DNA from: an uncultured delta proteobacterium
GTDB taxonomy: Bacteria > Myxococcota_A > Polyangia > Polyangiales > Polyangiaceae
Direction of reading: 5' to 3'
Assembly: GCA_963782055.1 (NCBI GenBank)
Contig: CAWAIF010000003.1
Span: forward strand, 4,512,001-4,576,000
Length of the DNA: 64,000 nt
The position numbers and the translations under genes are program-made. Shown piece by piece: positions 9,624 through 19,286 of this stretch (the stretch's first letter is position 1; each line of letters begins with the position of its first letter). Below the pieces are notes generated by a model. It did not search any database. It saw only the letters and a list, made by a program, of their open reading frames with translations, and was not told where the DNA came from.

Positions 9624-10598
9624 TCAGCTCGCGAGGACGTACGAGAAGATCAACGGCGCGACAATCGTGGCATCGGACTCGATGATGAACCTCGGCCCGC
9701 TGGCGTCGAGCTTGCCCCAGGTGATCTTCTCGTTGGGCACCGCGCCGGAGTAGCTGCCGTACGACGTGGTGCTGTCGGAGACCTGGCAGAAGTAGGCCCA
9801 CTTCTTGACCTCCTTCTTGAGGTCCTGGCTGAGCATGGGCACCACGCAGATGGGGAAGTCTCCCGCGATGCCGCCGCCGATCTGGAAGAAGCCGATGTCG
9901 CACCGCTTCTGCTCCTCGACGTACCAGCCGGCGAGGTACTGCAGGTACTCCAGGCCCGACTTCATCGGGGAGTAGCTCTCGAGCACCCCCTGCATCCGCG
10001 CGGCCACGAACATGTTGCCGTTGGTGCTGTCCTCCCACCCCGGCACGATGATCGGGAGGTTCTTCTCGGCGGCCGCGAGTAGCCAGGAGTGCTTCGGGTC
10101 GACCTGGAAGTCGAGCTTCTTGGTGCGCAGGAGCTGGTAGAAGTACTCGTGCGGGAAGTAGCGCCTCCCCTCCTTCTCCGCCGCCTGCCACAGCTCGATC
10201 ATCTGGCCCTCGATCTTCCGCATCGCCTCTTCCTCGGGGATGCAGGTGTCGGTGACGCGGTTGAGGCCCTGCTCCAGCAGCGCGAGCTCCTGCTCCGCGG
10301 TGAGCGAGCGGTAGCCGGGGACGCGCTTGTAGGCGTCGTGAGCGACGAGGTTGTAGACGTCTTCCTCGAGGTTGGCGCCGGTGCAGCAGATGGCGGAGAC
10401 CTTGTCCCTGCGGATCATCTCGGCGAGCGAGACGCCGAGCTCGGCCGTGCTCATGGCGCCGGCCATGGTGAAGAACATCTTGCCCCCACGTTTGAGCAGC
10501 TCCACCCACGCTTCAGCCGCATCGACGACGACCGCGGCGTTGAAGTGCCGGTAGTTGTGCTTGATGAAGTCGCGGATGTTCTCGTGCGTGTAAGGCAT
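9624..10598 (-). CDS. Deoxyhypusine synthase-like protein
   Basis: AGAMST, CTGANLEED, IGGGI and GSYSGAVPNEKITWGK (catalytic Lys) motifs. Confidence 0.93.
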   Translation of the reverse strand: MPYTHENIRDFIKHNYRHFNAAVVVDAAEAWVELLKRGGKMFFTMAGAMSTAELGVSLAEMIRRDKVSAICCTGANLEEDVYNLVAHDAYKRVPGYRSLTAEQELALLEQGLNRVTDTCIPEEEAMRKIEGQMIELWQAAEKEGRRYFPHEYFYQLLRTKKLDFQVDPKHSWLLAAAEKNLPIIVPGWEDSTNGNMFVAARMQGVLESYSPMKSGLEYLQYLAGWYVEEQKRCDIGFFQIGGGIAGDFPICVVPMLSQDLKKEVKKWAYFCQVSDSTTSYGSYSGAVPNEKITWGKLDASGPRFIIESDATIVAPLIFSYVLAS

Positions 10599-10656
10599 GC
10601 GCGGGGCTTACAGGCCGAGCGCACACAGATCAAGGCGGCCGTGCTCCTCTCCTCCC

Positions 10657-12444
10657 TCAAGCCGCCACGAACTGCCGCTCCACCAGCTTGCGGTACAACC
10701 CGGCCTCGCCGACGAGCTCCGCGTGCGTCCCCTGCTGGACCACCTTCCCGCCGTCCAGCACCACCACCTGATGCGCGTTCTTCACCGTCGACAGCCGGTG
10801 CGCGATCACCAGCGTCGTCCGCCCCTCCAGCAGCCGGTCCAGCGCCTCCTGCACCAGGTGCTCGCTCTCCGCGTCGAGCGCGCTCGTCGCCTCGTCCAGG
10901 ATGAGGATGCGCGGGTCCTTCAGCACCGCCCGCGCGATGGCGATGCGCTGCTTCTGCCCGCCGGAGAGCTGCACGCCGCGCTCGCCGACCCGCGTCGCGT
11001 AGCCCTCCGGGAAGCGCGAGACGAAGTCGTGCGCGTTGGCGGCGCGCGCCGCACGCTCCACCTCCTCGTCGGTCGCGTGGGCGCGCCCGTAGCGGATGTT
11101 GTCGGCGATGCCGCTGGAGAAGAGCATCGGCTCCTGCGCCACCACGCCGATCTGCCGGCGCAGCCACTTGGCGTCCAGCTCGCGCAGATCGCGGCCGTCC
11201 AGGCTCACCGCGCCGGCGATCGGGTCGTAGAGGCGGGAGAGCAGCGCGGCGATGGTGCTCTTGCCTGCGCCCGACGGGCCGACGACCGCCACCACCTTGC
11301 CCGGCTCCAGCACCAGGTCCAGCCCGGAGAGGACTGGCATGTCGGGGCGCGCGGGGTAGGCGAACTCCACCCGCGCCAGCTCGAGGCGGCCGTCCACGCG
11401 CCCCGGCTGCAACCCGCCCTCGCTCGGGATGGCGGGCTCGCGATCGATCAGCTCGAAGACCCGCTCTGCGGCGCCGGCGGCGCGCATGAAGTCGGCCCAG
11501 AGATCGCCCAGCGCGCCGAGGGACACCGCGACGACGAGTGTGTAGACGAGGAAGGAGGTGAGCTGCCCCGCGGTCATGTGCGCGCCGAGCACCAGCCGGC
11601 CGCCGTACCACATCACCAGCGCGATGGCGCCGAGCGCCGCCATCATCGCGGTGCCCATGAAGACTCCGCTCGTGACGATGCGCTCGCGCGCGAGCTGGAA
11701 GGAGCGCTCCACCGCCTCGCCGTAGCGCGCCGACTCGATCGCCTCCGCGGCGAAGGCGCGCACCGTGCGGATGCCGGCGAGGCTCTCCTCCCCCACCGAC
11801 GCCGCCTTGCCCAGGGCGTCCTGCACCTCGCGGGAGAGGCGGCGCAGGCGGCGGCCGTAGACCACCGCGCCGATGGCGATGGCCGGTACGACGGCGAGCA
11901 TCAGCAGGGTGAGGCGCCAGGAGGTGAAGAAGAGCATGGCCAGCCCGCCGGTGACCGCGGCGGCGTTGCGCAGCATCATCGACACGTTGACGCTCACCGC
12001 GTTCTGCAGGACCGTCGTGTCCGACGCGAGGCGGTTGGCGAGATCTCCGGTGCGGTGCTCGTCGAAGAAGGCCACCTCCTGCTCGAGCAGCCGGGCGTAG
12101 GCCTCGCGCCGCAGGCGGGTGACGACGCGCTCGCCGGTCACGGTGAACAGGACGTAGCGGGTGGCGCCCGCGGCGCCGGAGACGACGCCCACGATCAGCA
12201 TGAAGAGGGCGGCCTCGTCGACGGCGTGGGCGCCACCGCCGGTCAGGGCGCCGTCGACCAGGAGGCGGATCGCCTGCGGGAAGACGAGGTTGGCGCTGCT
12301 CGCGACGACGAGGCACGCCAGGCCCACCGCGAGGGTGCGCCACTCCGGCCTGGCCAGGCCCATCATCCGTTTGAGGAGCTGGCGCGCGCGCGCCGGCGGG
12401 ACGCGGGGCCCGTCGGGCGGCAGCGGGTTGTCGAAGCGCGCCAT
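10657..12444 (-). CDS. ABC exporter, fused permease/ATPase (ABCB/Mdl-like)
   Basis: TM domain plus GPSGAGKS, LSGGQKQR and LDEATSALD; real start MARFDNP at 12444. Confidence 0.95.
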   Translation of the reverse strand: MARFDNPLPPDGPRVPPARARQLLKRMMGLARPEWRTLAVGLACLVVASSANLVFPQAIRLLVDGALTGGGAHAVDEAALFMLIVGVVSGAAGATRYVLFTVTGERVVTRLRREAYARLLEQEVAFFDEHRTGDLANRLASDTTVLQNAVSVNVSMMLRNAAAVTGGLAMLFFTSWRLTLLMLAVVPAIAIGAVVYGRRLRRLSREVQDALGKAASVGEESLAGIRTVRAFAAEAIESARYGEAVERSFQLARERIVTSGVFMGTAMMAALGAIALVMWYGGRLVLGAHMTAGQLTSFLVYTLVVAVSLGALGDLWADFMRAAGAAERVFELIDREPAIPSEGGLQPGRVDGRLELARVEFAYPARPDMPVLSGLDLVLEPGKVVAVVGPSGAGKSTIAALLSRLYDPIAGAVSLDGRDLRELDAKWLRRQIGVVAQEPMLFSSGIADNIRYGRAHATDEEVERAARAANAHDFVSRFPEGYATRVGERGVQLSGGQKQRIAIARAVLKDPRILILDEATSALDAESEHLVQEALDRLLEGRTTLVIAHRLSTVKNAHQVVVLDGGKVVQQGTHAELVGEAGLYRKLVERQFVAA

Positions 12445-12509
12445 GTCTGACCTTCCACAGTAAGGCCGATGCCCGCGCCCGGCGTGAAGAAGTGCGAAGG
12501 CGCCCGGGA

Positions 12510-13937
12510 TCAGTGGTGGCGAACGTGCGGGTGAGGGTGCGGCCTGGCCTGCTCCTCCTCGGGGTCGGAGGCCTCGGCGCCCGCCTCCGCCGCGTGCTTC
12601 GCGAGCAGGGCGTTGCGGCGCGTCAAGATCTTGCGGGCGACCACGATGCTCAGGACGACGAACACCAGGTTGGCCAGGACGAAGCCGCGGACGGGGACGG
12701 CAAAGATGCTGGCGGCGACGAAGACCAGCGCCGCGCTGGTGACGTCGCCCATCCGGACGAAGAAGGTGTCGACCGCCTCCTTGGCGATGTACTTGGCGCG
12801 CCGGCTGGTGGGCAGCCACAGCATGTTCAGCGCGGTGTTGTTCATGGAGTAGTCGGTGGCGTTCTCCGCGACGCGGCACGGGAGGGCGACGAGCAGCAGC
12901 GGGAACACGGCGAGCGTCATGTTCCCGGCCAGCGCGACGAAGGGGAGCATCAGGAAGGCGACGCCCACGCCGAGCCGCCGTACCACCCGCGAGACGACGA
13001 AGAGCTCGAGCACCAGGCTGCCCACGTCGACGTACAGGTTGTAGCGGGCGTAGACGCTGCCGATGTAGCCGGCGAGGGCCGCGTGACCCACCGTGTGCTC
13101 CGCTGCCTGCTTCACCAGCTTGGCGAGCACGAACTCGCCGTCGGTCTTGATGACGGTGAAGAGCACCGCGAAGACGGCGATGAGCGTCAGGTAGCGGTCG
13201 CGGATCACCATCCGGAACGCCTCCCCGCGCTTGGCCACCGGGGCCAGCGACCGCCGCACTCCCCCATCCGTCGCGACGCGCGTCTCGCGCAGATGGACGA
13301 TCTGCACGATGGGCGTGGACGCCGCCAGGACCGCGGCGGCCAGGAGGAGCATGCCCGTCGTGCCGATGTGATCGAGCAGCCCGCGCGCGAGCCACGAGCC
13401 GCAGACCGCGCCGAGGGAGGCGCCCACGCCCAGGAGCGGGAAGAGGCGCTTGCCGGCCTCCTCGGAGTAGACGTCGTTCGCGAACGCCCAGAACTGCGCC
13501 ACGATCATCATGTTGAACACGCTGATCCAGACGTAGAACGCGACGGCGAGCGCCGGGCTGGGGCCGAAGGAGCGCGCCCAGAGCCAGAAGAGCAGCAGGT
13601 GGGAGGCGAAGAAGAGGGTGACGCCGATGATCAGCCGGTTGCGCGGCGGGCGCGTGGCGACGCGCGCGTAGAGCGGCACGGCCACCGCCGTGGTGAGCCC
13701 GACGACCGCGCCGAGGTAGATCTTGTCCTGCGGGCCGTGCGAGAGCACCAGGATGAAGGCCTCGCGCACAGGCTTGATGCACGCGTAGGCCATGAGCACG
13801 ACGAACACGTCGAGCGTCAGGAGCAGCGCGGTGAACAGCTCGGAGCGGCGCACGCGCGTGATGGGCAGGAGGAGTCGGACGATCTGCTCGCCGGGCTGGC
13901 TCACGCGCTGCTCGTTCTCCGGAATGGACACTGTCAC
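12510..13937 (-). CDS. NTT/TLC (ADP/ATP translocase-like) nucleotide transporter
   Basis: YACIKPVREA, QFWAFANDVYSEEAGKRLFP and KYIAKEAVDTFFVRMGD motifs; ~12 TM; start uncertain (GTG 13937/13931/13904). Confidence 0.88.
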   Translation of the reverse strand: MTVSIPENEQRVSQPGEQIVRLLLPITRVRRSELFTALLLTLDVFVVLMAYACIKPVREAFILVLSHGPQDKIYLGAVVGLTTAVAVPLYARVATRPPRNRLIIGVTLFFASHLLLFWLWARSFGPSPALAVAFYVWISVFNMMIVAQFWAFANDVYSEEAGKRLFPLLGVGASLGAVCGSWLARGLLDHIGTTGMLLLAAAVLAASTPIVQIVHLRETRVATDGGVRRSLAPVAKRGEAFRMVIRDRYLTLIAVFAVLFTVIKTDGEFVLAKLVKQAAEHTVGHAALAGYIGSVYARYNLYVDVGSLVLELFVVSRVVRRLGVGVAFLMLPFVALAGNMTLAVFPLLLVALPCRVAENATDYSMNNTALNMLWLPTSRRAKYIAKEAVDTFFVRMGDVTSAALVFVAASIFAVPVRGFVLANLVFVVLSIVVARKILTRRNALLAKHAAEAGAEASDPEEEQARPHPHPHVRHH

Positions 13938-14200
13938 CAACGTAAGGTGGTGCGCGCCCCGAGGAAAGGCGGTGGGGTGACGAGCTCCGGTCCTTGGTGC
14001 GCACGCATCTGCCACGGCACGCGCAGGCCATGTTCCACCAGACCTTCCACCGTGCCTTCGACGCCGGGCGAGGAGGCGCGTGCCTTCCGCATGCCTCGGC
14101 GGTGGTGAACCACCCGTAGGTCGAGCACGGCGCGACGTGGACCCCACCGCTGACCCGGGTGAGGAACGGCGTATGCAACGTTTCTCGGCGGAGGTCTGCC

Positions 14201-14695
14201 ATGACGGCCCAAGTCGCTGAAATCACCGAGCCCCTCCTCGCCGAGGGGCGCTCCATCTTCCGCAGGATATTCGTCCCGATCGACTACACGCCGGACTCAC
14301 AGCGCGCGCTCGGCGCGGCGCTCGAGCTCCAGCGCCTCTACGGGTCGGCGATCCGGCTGTTCCACATCCAGCACGGGGACGGCATGGATGACTTCCTCGG
14401 CGGCCTCGGCAGCCTCGCTGGCTACGGCGACTGGGTGGACGAGGCACGGGGAAGGTTGCGCAGGTACGTCGAGAACGTCGCGCCCAACGCGCTGCCGCAC
14501 GTGGAGCTGCACGCGGGGGTCGGGGGCGAATCCGACAGAGCCACGCTGCTCCGGGCGGAGGCGGCGGAGTGGGATACGACGCTGATGATCGTGACTGAGC
14601 ACCAGCACTCCACCCTCTTTCGCTCGGTGGCCGAGAAGGTCATCCGCGGGATGGGCTGCGCGGTGCTGGTCCTTCCCCCGATCGCCGTGGGCTGA
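14201..14695 (+). CDS. Universal stress protein
   Basis: RRIFVPIDYTPDSQRAL...SVAEKVIRGMGCAVLVL. Confidence 0.9.
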   Translation: MTAQVAEITEPLLAEGRSIFRRIFVPIDYTPDSQRALGAALELQRLYGSAIRLFHIQHGDGMDDFLGGLGSLAGYGDWVDEARGRLRRYVENVAPNALPHVELHAGVGGESDRATLLRAEAAEWDTTLMIVTEHQHSTLFRSVAEKVIRGMGCAVLVLPPIAVG

Positions 14696-14722
14696 CGCGG
14701 GCCGCGGCGACGGCGCATCCGC

Positions 14723-15733
14723 TCAATGCGCGCGCAGGACGCTCGCCCCCGTGACCTCCGCCCAGTCGTCGGCGAGGTCGTTGGCGGGGGCGACCGCCTG
14801 CGTCGCCGCGGGGACCACTCGCACGCGGCTGGATGGCGGAGCCGATGCGGCCTGCGGGAGGCGAGGCTGCGTCATCGCGGCGAGCGCCTGCCGTCCGAGC
14901 TGGAGCACCTTCGGCTCCGGTGTGTCGTTCACCGCCAGCAGGTCGGCGAGCTCGCGCACCATCCGCTCGCCGTCGCGGACGCTGTCCAGCGCGTGGCGGA
15001 CCTCCTCGTCGAGCAGCGGCGACGACACCGGCGCGGCCGCGTGCTCGTAGAGCAGGCGGATGACGTCCCCGACCAGCGCGAGCTGCTCCTGCATCACCTC
15101 CAGCTCCTGGTAGGATCGGTCCCAGCGCGCGGCGCGCAGCCGCGCGACCTGGAGGCGCTGCGCGGCGAGGCCGCGGGCGGGCTCCGACGACCCGGAGGCG
15201 ACCGCGTTCTGCAGCCCCTGGATCTGGATCGCCAGCGCCTCGCGATCGGTGCCGACGAGGCACGCGCGACCGGAGCAGTACGCCACGGCGCCGCCCACGT
15301 ACGTCGCCAGGAGCTGCCCGATGCCCAGGTAGTCGTCCACCGCGGACGCTCCCCCCTCGCTCGGGCCGAGGGACAGGCGCTCGCGCAGGGCGTCGGCCAG
15401 CACCTCGAGGTGCTGCAGCTCCTGTCGGTGGCCGTCGGTCATCCGCAGCAGCAGGCCCGCGCGCACCCGCGCCGCCATCAGCGCCTCCGCGGCGCGCACC
15501 CGCTGATCCACCCACCGGCGAAACGCGGGCGTCTGCGGGACGGCGACCAGGAGCATCGCCTCGAGCACGGCGAACGTCACGATGGTGGGCATCGACCACG
15601 CGAAGAAGAGCGCGAAGGGGAGGCAGACAAGGGCGAGCACGTGCGCCGGATGCGCCACCGCGTGGCGGAGATAGAGGGCGCGCCTGCGGTGCTTCACGGG
15701 CCCGAGGTCTTGCGGCTTTTCGTGCGTCGTCAT
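14723..15733 (-). CDS. Membrane-anchored coiled-coil hypothetical protein
   Basis: Two N-terminal TM helices, then a long helical/coiled-coil region; ATG 15733. Confidence 0.75.
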   Translation of the reverse strand: MTTHEKPQDLGPVKHRRRALYLRHAVAHPAHVLALVCLPFALFFAWSMPTIVTFAVLEAMLLVAVPQTPAFRRWVDQRVRAAEALMAARVRAGLLLRMTDGHRQELQHLEVLADALRERLSLGPSEGGASAVDDYLGIGQLLATYVGGAVAYCSGRACLVGTDREALAIQIQGLQNAVASGSSEPARGLAAQRLQVARLRAARWDRSYQELEVMQEQLALVGDVIRLLYEHAAAPVSSPLLDEEVRHALDSVRDGERMVRELADLLAVNDTPEPKVLQLGRQALAAMTQPRLPQAASAPPSSRVRVVPAATQAVAPANDLADDWAEVTGASVLRAH

Positions 15734-15771
15734 GGGGACCCTTGTGGGGCAATCTCGCTCCCGAGGATCGT

Positions 15772-15787
15772 TGCACGAACGGTGCCG
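15772..15787 (-). promoter_or_regulatory. sigma54 -24/-12 promoter
   Basis: Minus strand CGGCACCGTTCGTGCA (GG-N10-GC), ~40 nt upstream of ATG 15733. Confidence 0.55.
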
Positions 15788-15900
15788 AGCGCGGGCCCGG
15801 TGGCGAGCGTTCCGGCGTGCCCCGACCCCGCGCACCCCCTGCGTTCGCGGCGCAAGCCACGGCGGCCTCGGGCGGCACCGCAGCGACGTGATGCGGTAGG

Positions 15901-17646
15901 ATGCCGACGGTGACCAACGACACGATCGCCCACACCTTCCTGGAGCTGGCCGATGTCCACGAGCTGCTCGGCGAGGTGCCCTTCAAGGTGCGCGCCTTTC
16001 GCGCCGCGGCGCGCGCGATCGAGGGCCTCGGCGAGCCCATCGTCGAGAAGGTCCACAAGGGCACGCTCGGCAAGGTGCCCGGCATCGGCGAGGGGATGAT
16101 CCGCCGCCTCGAGGAGCTGGTGAAGACCGGCAAGCTCGGCGAGCTGGAGGCGACACGCGCGCGCCTGCCGCCGGGGCTGACCGCGCTGATGAACATCCCG
16201 GGCATCGGCGTGAAGACCGCGCAGCAGCTCTGGAAGGAGCGCGCCATCACCTCCGTCGACGAGCTGGAGGCCGCGGCGAAGGCGGGGAAGCTCAGGGACC
16301 TGGAGCGCTTCGGCGAGAAGCGCGAGGAGAAGCTCATCGCCGCCATCGCGGCGTGGCGCAAGCGCGCCGCCGCACCCAGGCGCTGGCCGATGGCGGAGGC
16401 CCTGGGCCTGGCCGAGGCGCTGTGCGAGCGGATCGCCGCGGTGAAGGGCGTCGAGGAGTGCCAGTTCGCCGGGAGCCTGCGGCGGCGCAGGGAGACGGTC
16501 GGCGACCTGGACGTGCTCGTCGTGGCGGAGGCGGAGCACGCCTTGGCCATCATGGACGCCTTCGTGTCACTCCCGGAGGTGACCGAGGTGCTCGCCAAGG
16601 GCGAGACGAAGAGCAGCGTGGTGCTGGAGGGCGGCCTCCAGTCGGACCTGCGCGTGGTGCCCCGCGAGTGCTTCGGCGCAGCGCTCCAGTACTTCACCGG
16701 CTCGAAGGAGCACAACGTCGCGGTGCGCACCCTCGCGGTGAAGCAGCACCTGAAGCTGAGCGAGTACGGCGTCTTCGACGCGAAGGACAGGCGCATCGCC
16801 GGCGAGACGGAAGAGGACGTGTACCGCGCGGTGGGCCTGGCGTGGATGCCGCCCGAGCTGCGGGAGAACCGGGGTGAGGTGGAGGCCGCGCGCACCGGCA
16901 AGCTCCCGGTGCTCGTGGAGATGGCGGATCTCGCCGGCGATCTGCACATGCACACCACCGAGACCGACGGCCGCGCCTCGCTCCGCGAGATGGTGGAGGC
17001 GGCGCGCAAGGCGGGCCGCCGCTACGTCGCCATCACCGATCACTCCCAGGCGCTGGGCGTCGCGCGCGGCATGACGCCGGAGCGACTGAAGGCGCAGGTG
17101 AAGGTGATCCGCGCGCTGCAGGAGGAGCTGGGCGACGCGTTCACGGTCCTCGCGGGGGTGGAGGCGGACATCCTCGCCGATGGCACCGTCGACCTGGCCG
17201 GCGAGCTCGGAGGCCTCGACTGGGTGGTGGGCAGCGTCCACTCGCAGCTCAAGATGCCCCGCGAGGAGATGACGAAGCGCGTGGTGCGCGCCATCGAGTC
17301 GGGGCTCATCGACTGCCTCGGACACCCGACGGGCCGCCTGCTCAACGAGCGCGAGCCCAGCCAGATCGACATGGACGCGGTGCTGCGGGCGCTCCAGCGC
17401 ACCGGCGTCGCCGTGGAGCTGAACGCGTCGCCCCTGCGGCTGGACATCTCGGAGAACACCGCGCACATGGCGAGGGAGATGGGCATCCCGGTGGTCCTCG
17501 ACTCCGACGCGCACAGCACCCGCGAGCTCGGCTTCCTCGAGTACGGGCTGGGCATCGCGCGGCGTGCGTGGCTGGGCCCGGAGCACGTGCTGACGACACG
17601 CTCGGCGAAGGCGCTGGCGGACTGGCGCGAGGCGCGCGCGAGCTGA
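15901..17646 (+). CDS. polX: DNA polymerase X / PHP 3'-5' exonuclease
   Basis: HhH motifs, GSLRR..ETVGDLD, DLRVV, YFTGSKEHN; PHP motifs DLHMHT, TDH, HPTGR, DSDAH. Confidence 0.96.
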   Translation: MPTVTNDTIAHTFLELADVHELLGEVPFKVRAFRAAARAIEGLGEPIVEKVHKGTLGKVPGIGEGMIRRLEELVKTGKLGELEATRARLPPGLTALMNIPGIGVKTAQQLWKERAITSVDELEAAAKAGKLRDLERFGEKREEKLIAAIAAWRKRAAAPRRWPMAEALGLAEALCERIAAVKGVEECQFAGSLRRRRETVGDLDVLVVAEAEHALAIMDAFVSLPEVTEVLAKGETKSSVVLEGGLQSDLRVVPRECFGAALQYFTGSKEHNVAVRTLAVKQHLKLSEYGVFDAKDRRIAGETEEDVYRAVGLAWMPPELRENRGEVEAARTGKLPVLVEMADLAGDLHMHTTETDGRASLREMVEAARKAGRRYVAITDHSQALGVARGMTPERLKAQVKVIRALQEELGDAFTVLAGVEADILADGTVDLAGELGGLDWVVGSVHSQLKMPREEMTKRVVRAIESGLIDCLGHPTGRLLNEREPSQIDMDAVLRALQRTGVAVELNASPLRLDISENTAHMAREMGIPVVLDSDAHSTRELGFLEYGLGIARRAWLGPEHVLTTRSAKALADWREARAS

Positions 17647-17648
17647 CC

Positions 17649-18740
17649 GTGGCCTACCTCATCGCGCCGCCCGTCGAGCCCATGCTCGCCAAGCTCTCCA
17701 GCGCGCTGCCGGAGGGCGAGGCGTGGATCTTCGAGCCCAAGTGGGACGGCTTCCGCGCCCTCGTCTTCCGCGATCACGACGAGCTCTACATCCAGAGCCG
17801 CGATCTCAAGCCGCTGCAGCGCTACTTCCCCGAGCTGACGGCGCCGCTCCTGGCCCAGCTCCCCGAGCGGTGCGTGCTGGACGGCGAGATCGTCATCGCG
17901 CGCGGCGGCGTGCTGGACTTCGACGCGCTGCTGCTGCGCATCCACCCCGCCGAGTCGCGCGTGGCGATGCTGGCGAAGGAGTCGCCCGCGGCCTTCGTGG
18001 CGTTCGACCTGCTGGCGCTGGGCGACCAGGACGTGCGCGCACGCCCGCAGAAGGAGCGGCGCGCGATGCTGGAGGCCGCGCTGGCCGGCGCGAAGCCTCC
18101 GGTGTACCTCACGCCCGCCACGCGCGACCGCGCGGTGGCCGACGACTGGTTCCATCGCTTCGAGGGCGCGGGCCTGGACGGCGTCGTCGCCAAGGCCGAC
18201 GACCTGGTCTACTCGCCGGGCAAGCGCACCATGCTGAAGGTGAAGCACGCGCGCACCGCCGACTGCGCGGTGGCGGGCTTCCGCTGGTTCAAGGGCGGGC
18301 GCGGCAAGCTGGTCGGCTCGCTGCTGCTCGGCCTGTACGACGCGGAGGGCAAGCTGCAGCACGTCGGCATCTGCGCCTCCTTCAAGCGGGAGATGCGCGA
18401 GAAGCTGGCGGTGGAGCTCGCCCCGCTCCGGGAGAACGCGCGGGAGGGTCACCCCTGGGCGAGCTGGGCAGGCCAGTCGGAGGAGCATACCCCCCAGCGG
18501 CGGCCGGGGATGCAGAGCCGCTGGAGCCACGGCAAGGATCTCTCGTGGGAGCCGCTGCGCATCGAGCGAGTGTGCGAGGTGGGCTTCGACCACCTCCAGG
18601 GCCGGCGCTTCCGCCACGCCACGCACTTCAAGCGGTGGCGACCGGAGAAGGCGCCGCGTGACTGCGACTACGCGCAGCTGGAGGAGACGCCGGCGTACGA
18701 GGTGTCGGCGATCTTCGGCGCCGGCGGCGCTGGATCCTGA
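17649..18740 (+). CDS. ligC: ATP-dependent DNA ligase, LigC type
   Basis: EPMLAK, EPKWDGFR (adenylated Lys), DGEIV, GLDGVVAK, RFRHATHFKRWRP; GTG 2 nt after the polX stop. Confidence 0.93.
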   Translation: MAYLIAPPVEPMLAKLSSALPEGEAWIFEPKWDGFRALVFRDHDELYIQSRDLKPLQRYFPELTAPLLAQLPERCVLDGEIVIARGGVLDFDALLLRIHPAESRVAMLAKESPAAFVAFDLLALGDQDVRARPQKERRAMLEAALAGAKPPVYLTPATRDRAVADDWFHRFEGAGLDGVVAKADDLVYSPGKRTMLKVKHARTADCAVAGFRWFKGGRGKLVGSLLLGLYDAEGKLQHVGICASFKREMREKLAVELAPLRENAREGHPWASWAGQSEEHTPQRRPGMQSRWSHGKDLSWEPLRIERVCEVGFDHLQGRRFRHATHFKRWRPEKAPRDCDYAQLEETPAYEVSAIFGAGGAGS

Positions 18741-18754
18741 CCTGGCCTCCCCCG

Positions 18755-18770
18755 TGGCACTCGCCATGCG
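18755..18770 (+). promoter_or_regulatory. sigma54 -24/-12 promoter
   Basis: TGGCACTCGCCATGCG (GG-N10-GC) ~20 nt upstream of ATG 18789. Confidence 0.5.
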
Positions 18771-18788
18771 GCGCGGTAGGATGAGCCC

Positions 18789-19166
18789 ATGACATCTTCC
18801 TCCCTTCGCTTCAGCGGTCTGTCCCTCTCGCTCGCCGTCTCCGCGCTCGTCGGCCTCGCCGCCGTCGCCTGCGGCGACTCCTCCTCCACCGGCGACGACG
18901 GCGGCACGCCCGAGGCCTCGATCGACGCGGCCACCGACACCACGCCGGGCGACGCGGCGTCGGACGGCGGCTCCTCCGGCGACGCCACGGCCGACGCGCC
19001 CTCCGACGCGGGCGGCACGCTCGACGCCGGGGACACGTGCGAGCTCAAGAACGATCAGTGCGGCCCGGGGCTCAAGTGCTGCGGCGGCGGCGCCGTCACG
19101 CCCGACGCCGGCACCGGCCACTGCGTCGTGCCGACGGACGGCGGCACCTGCCCGCTGGTCCCCTGA
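18789..19166 (+). CDS. Small Cys-rich lipoprotein
   Basis: Signal peptide with AVAC lipobox, D/A/G linker, C-terminal 6-Cys domain. Confidence 0.85.
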   Translation: MTSSSLRFSGLSLSLAVSALVGLAAVACGDSSSTGDDGGTPEASIDAATDTTPGDAASDGGSSGDATADAPSDAGGTLDAGDTCELKNDQCGPGLKCCGGGAVTPDAGTGHCVVPTDGGTCPLVP

Positions 19167-19286
19167 GGGGGGGCGAGCACGCCGGAGTCGGGCTTCTTGC
19201 GGAGCCACGGACCGGACCCGGCCGGCGTCTTCTGACGGCCCGGCCCGGGTTGCGTCCGGCGTCGGGCGCGGACACAGTGCCGCGTC

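Noticed and set aside
10657..14256. 1199-aa ORF suggesting a transporter fusion
   Set aside because: The upstream ~600 aa are an Arg/Gly-rich shadow of the NTT gene in another frame; the ABC protein starts at 12444
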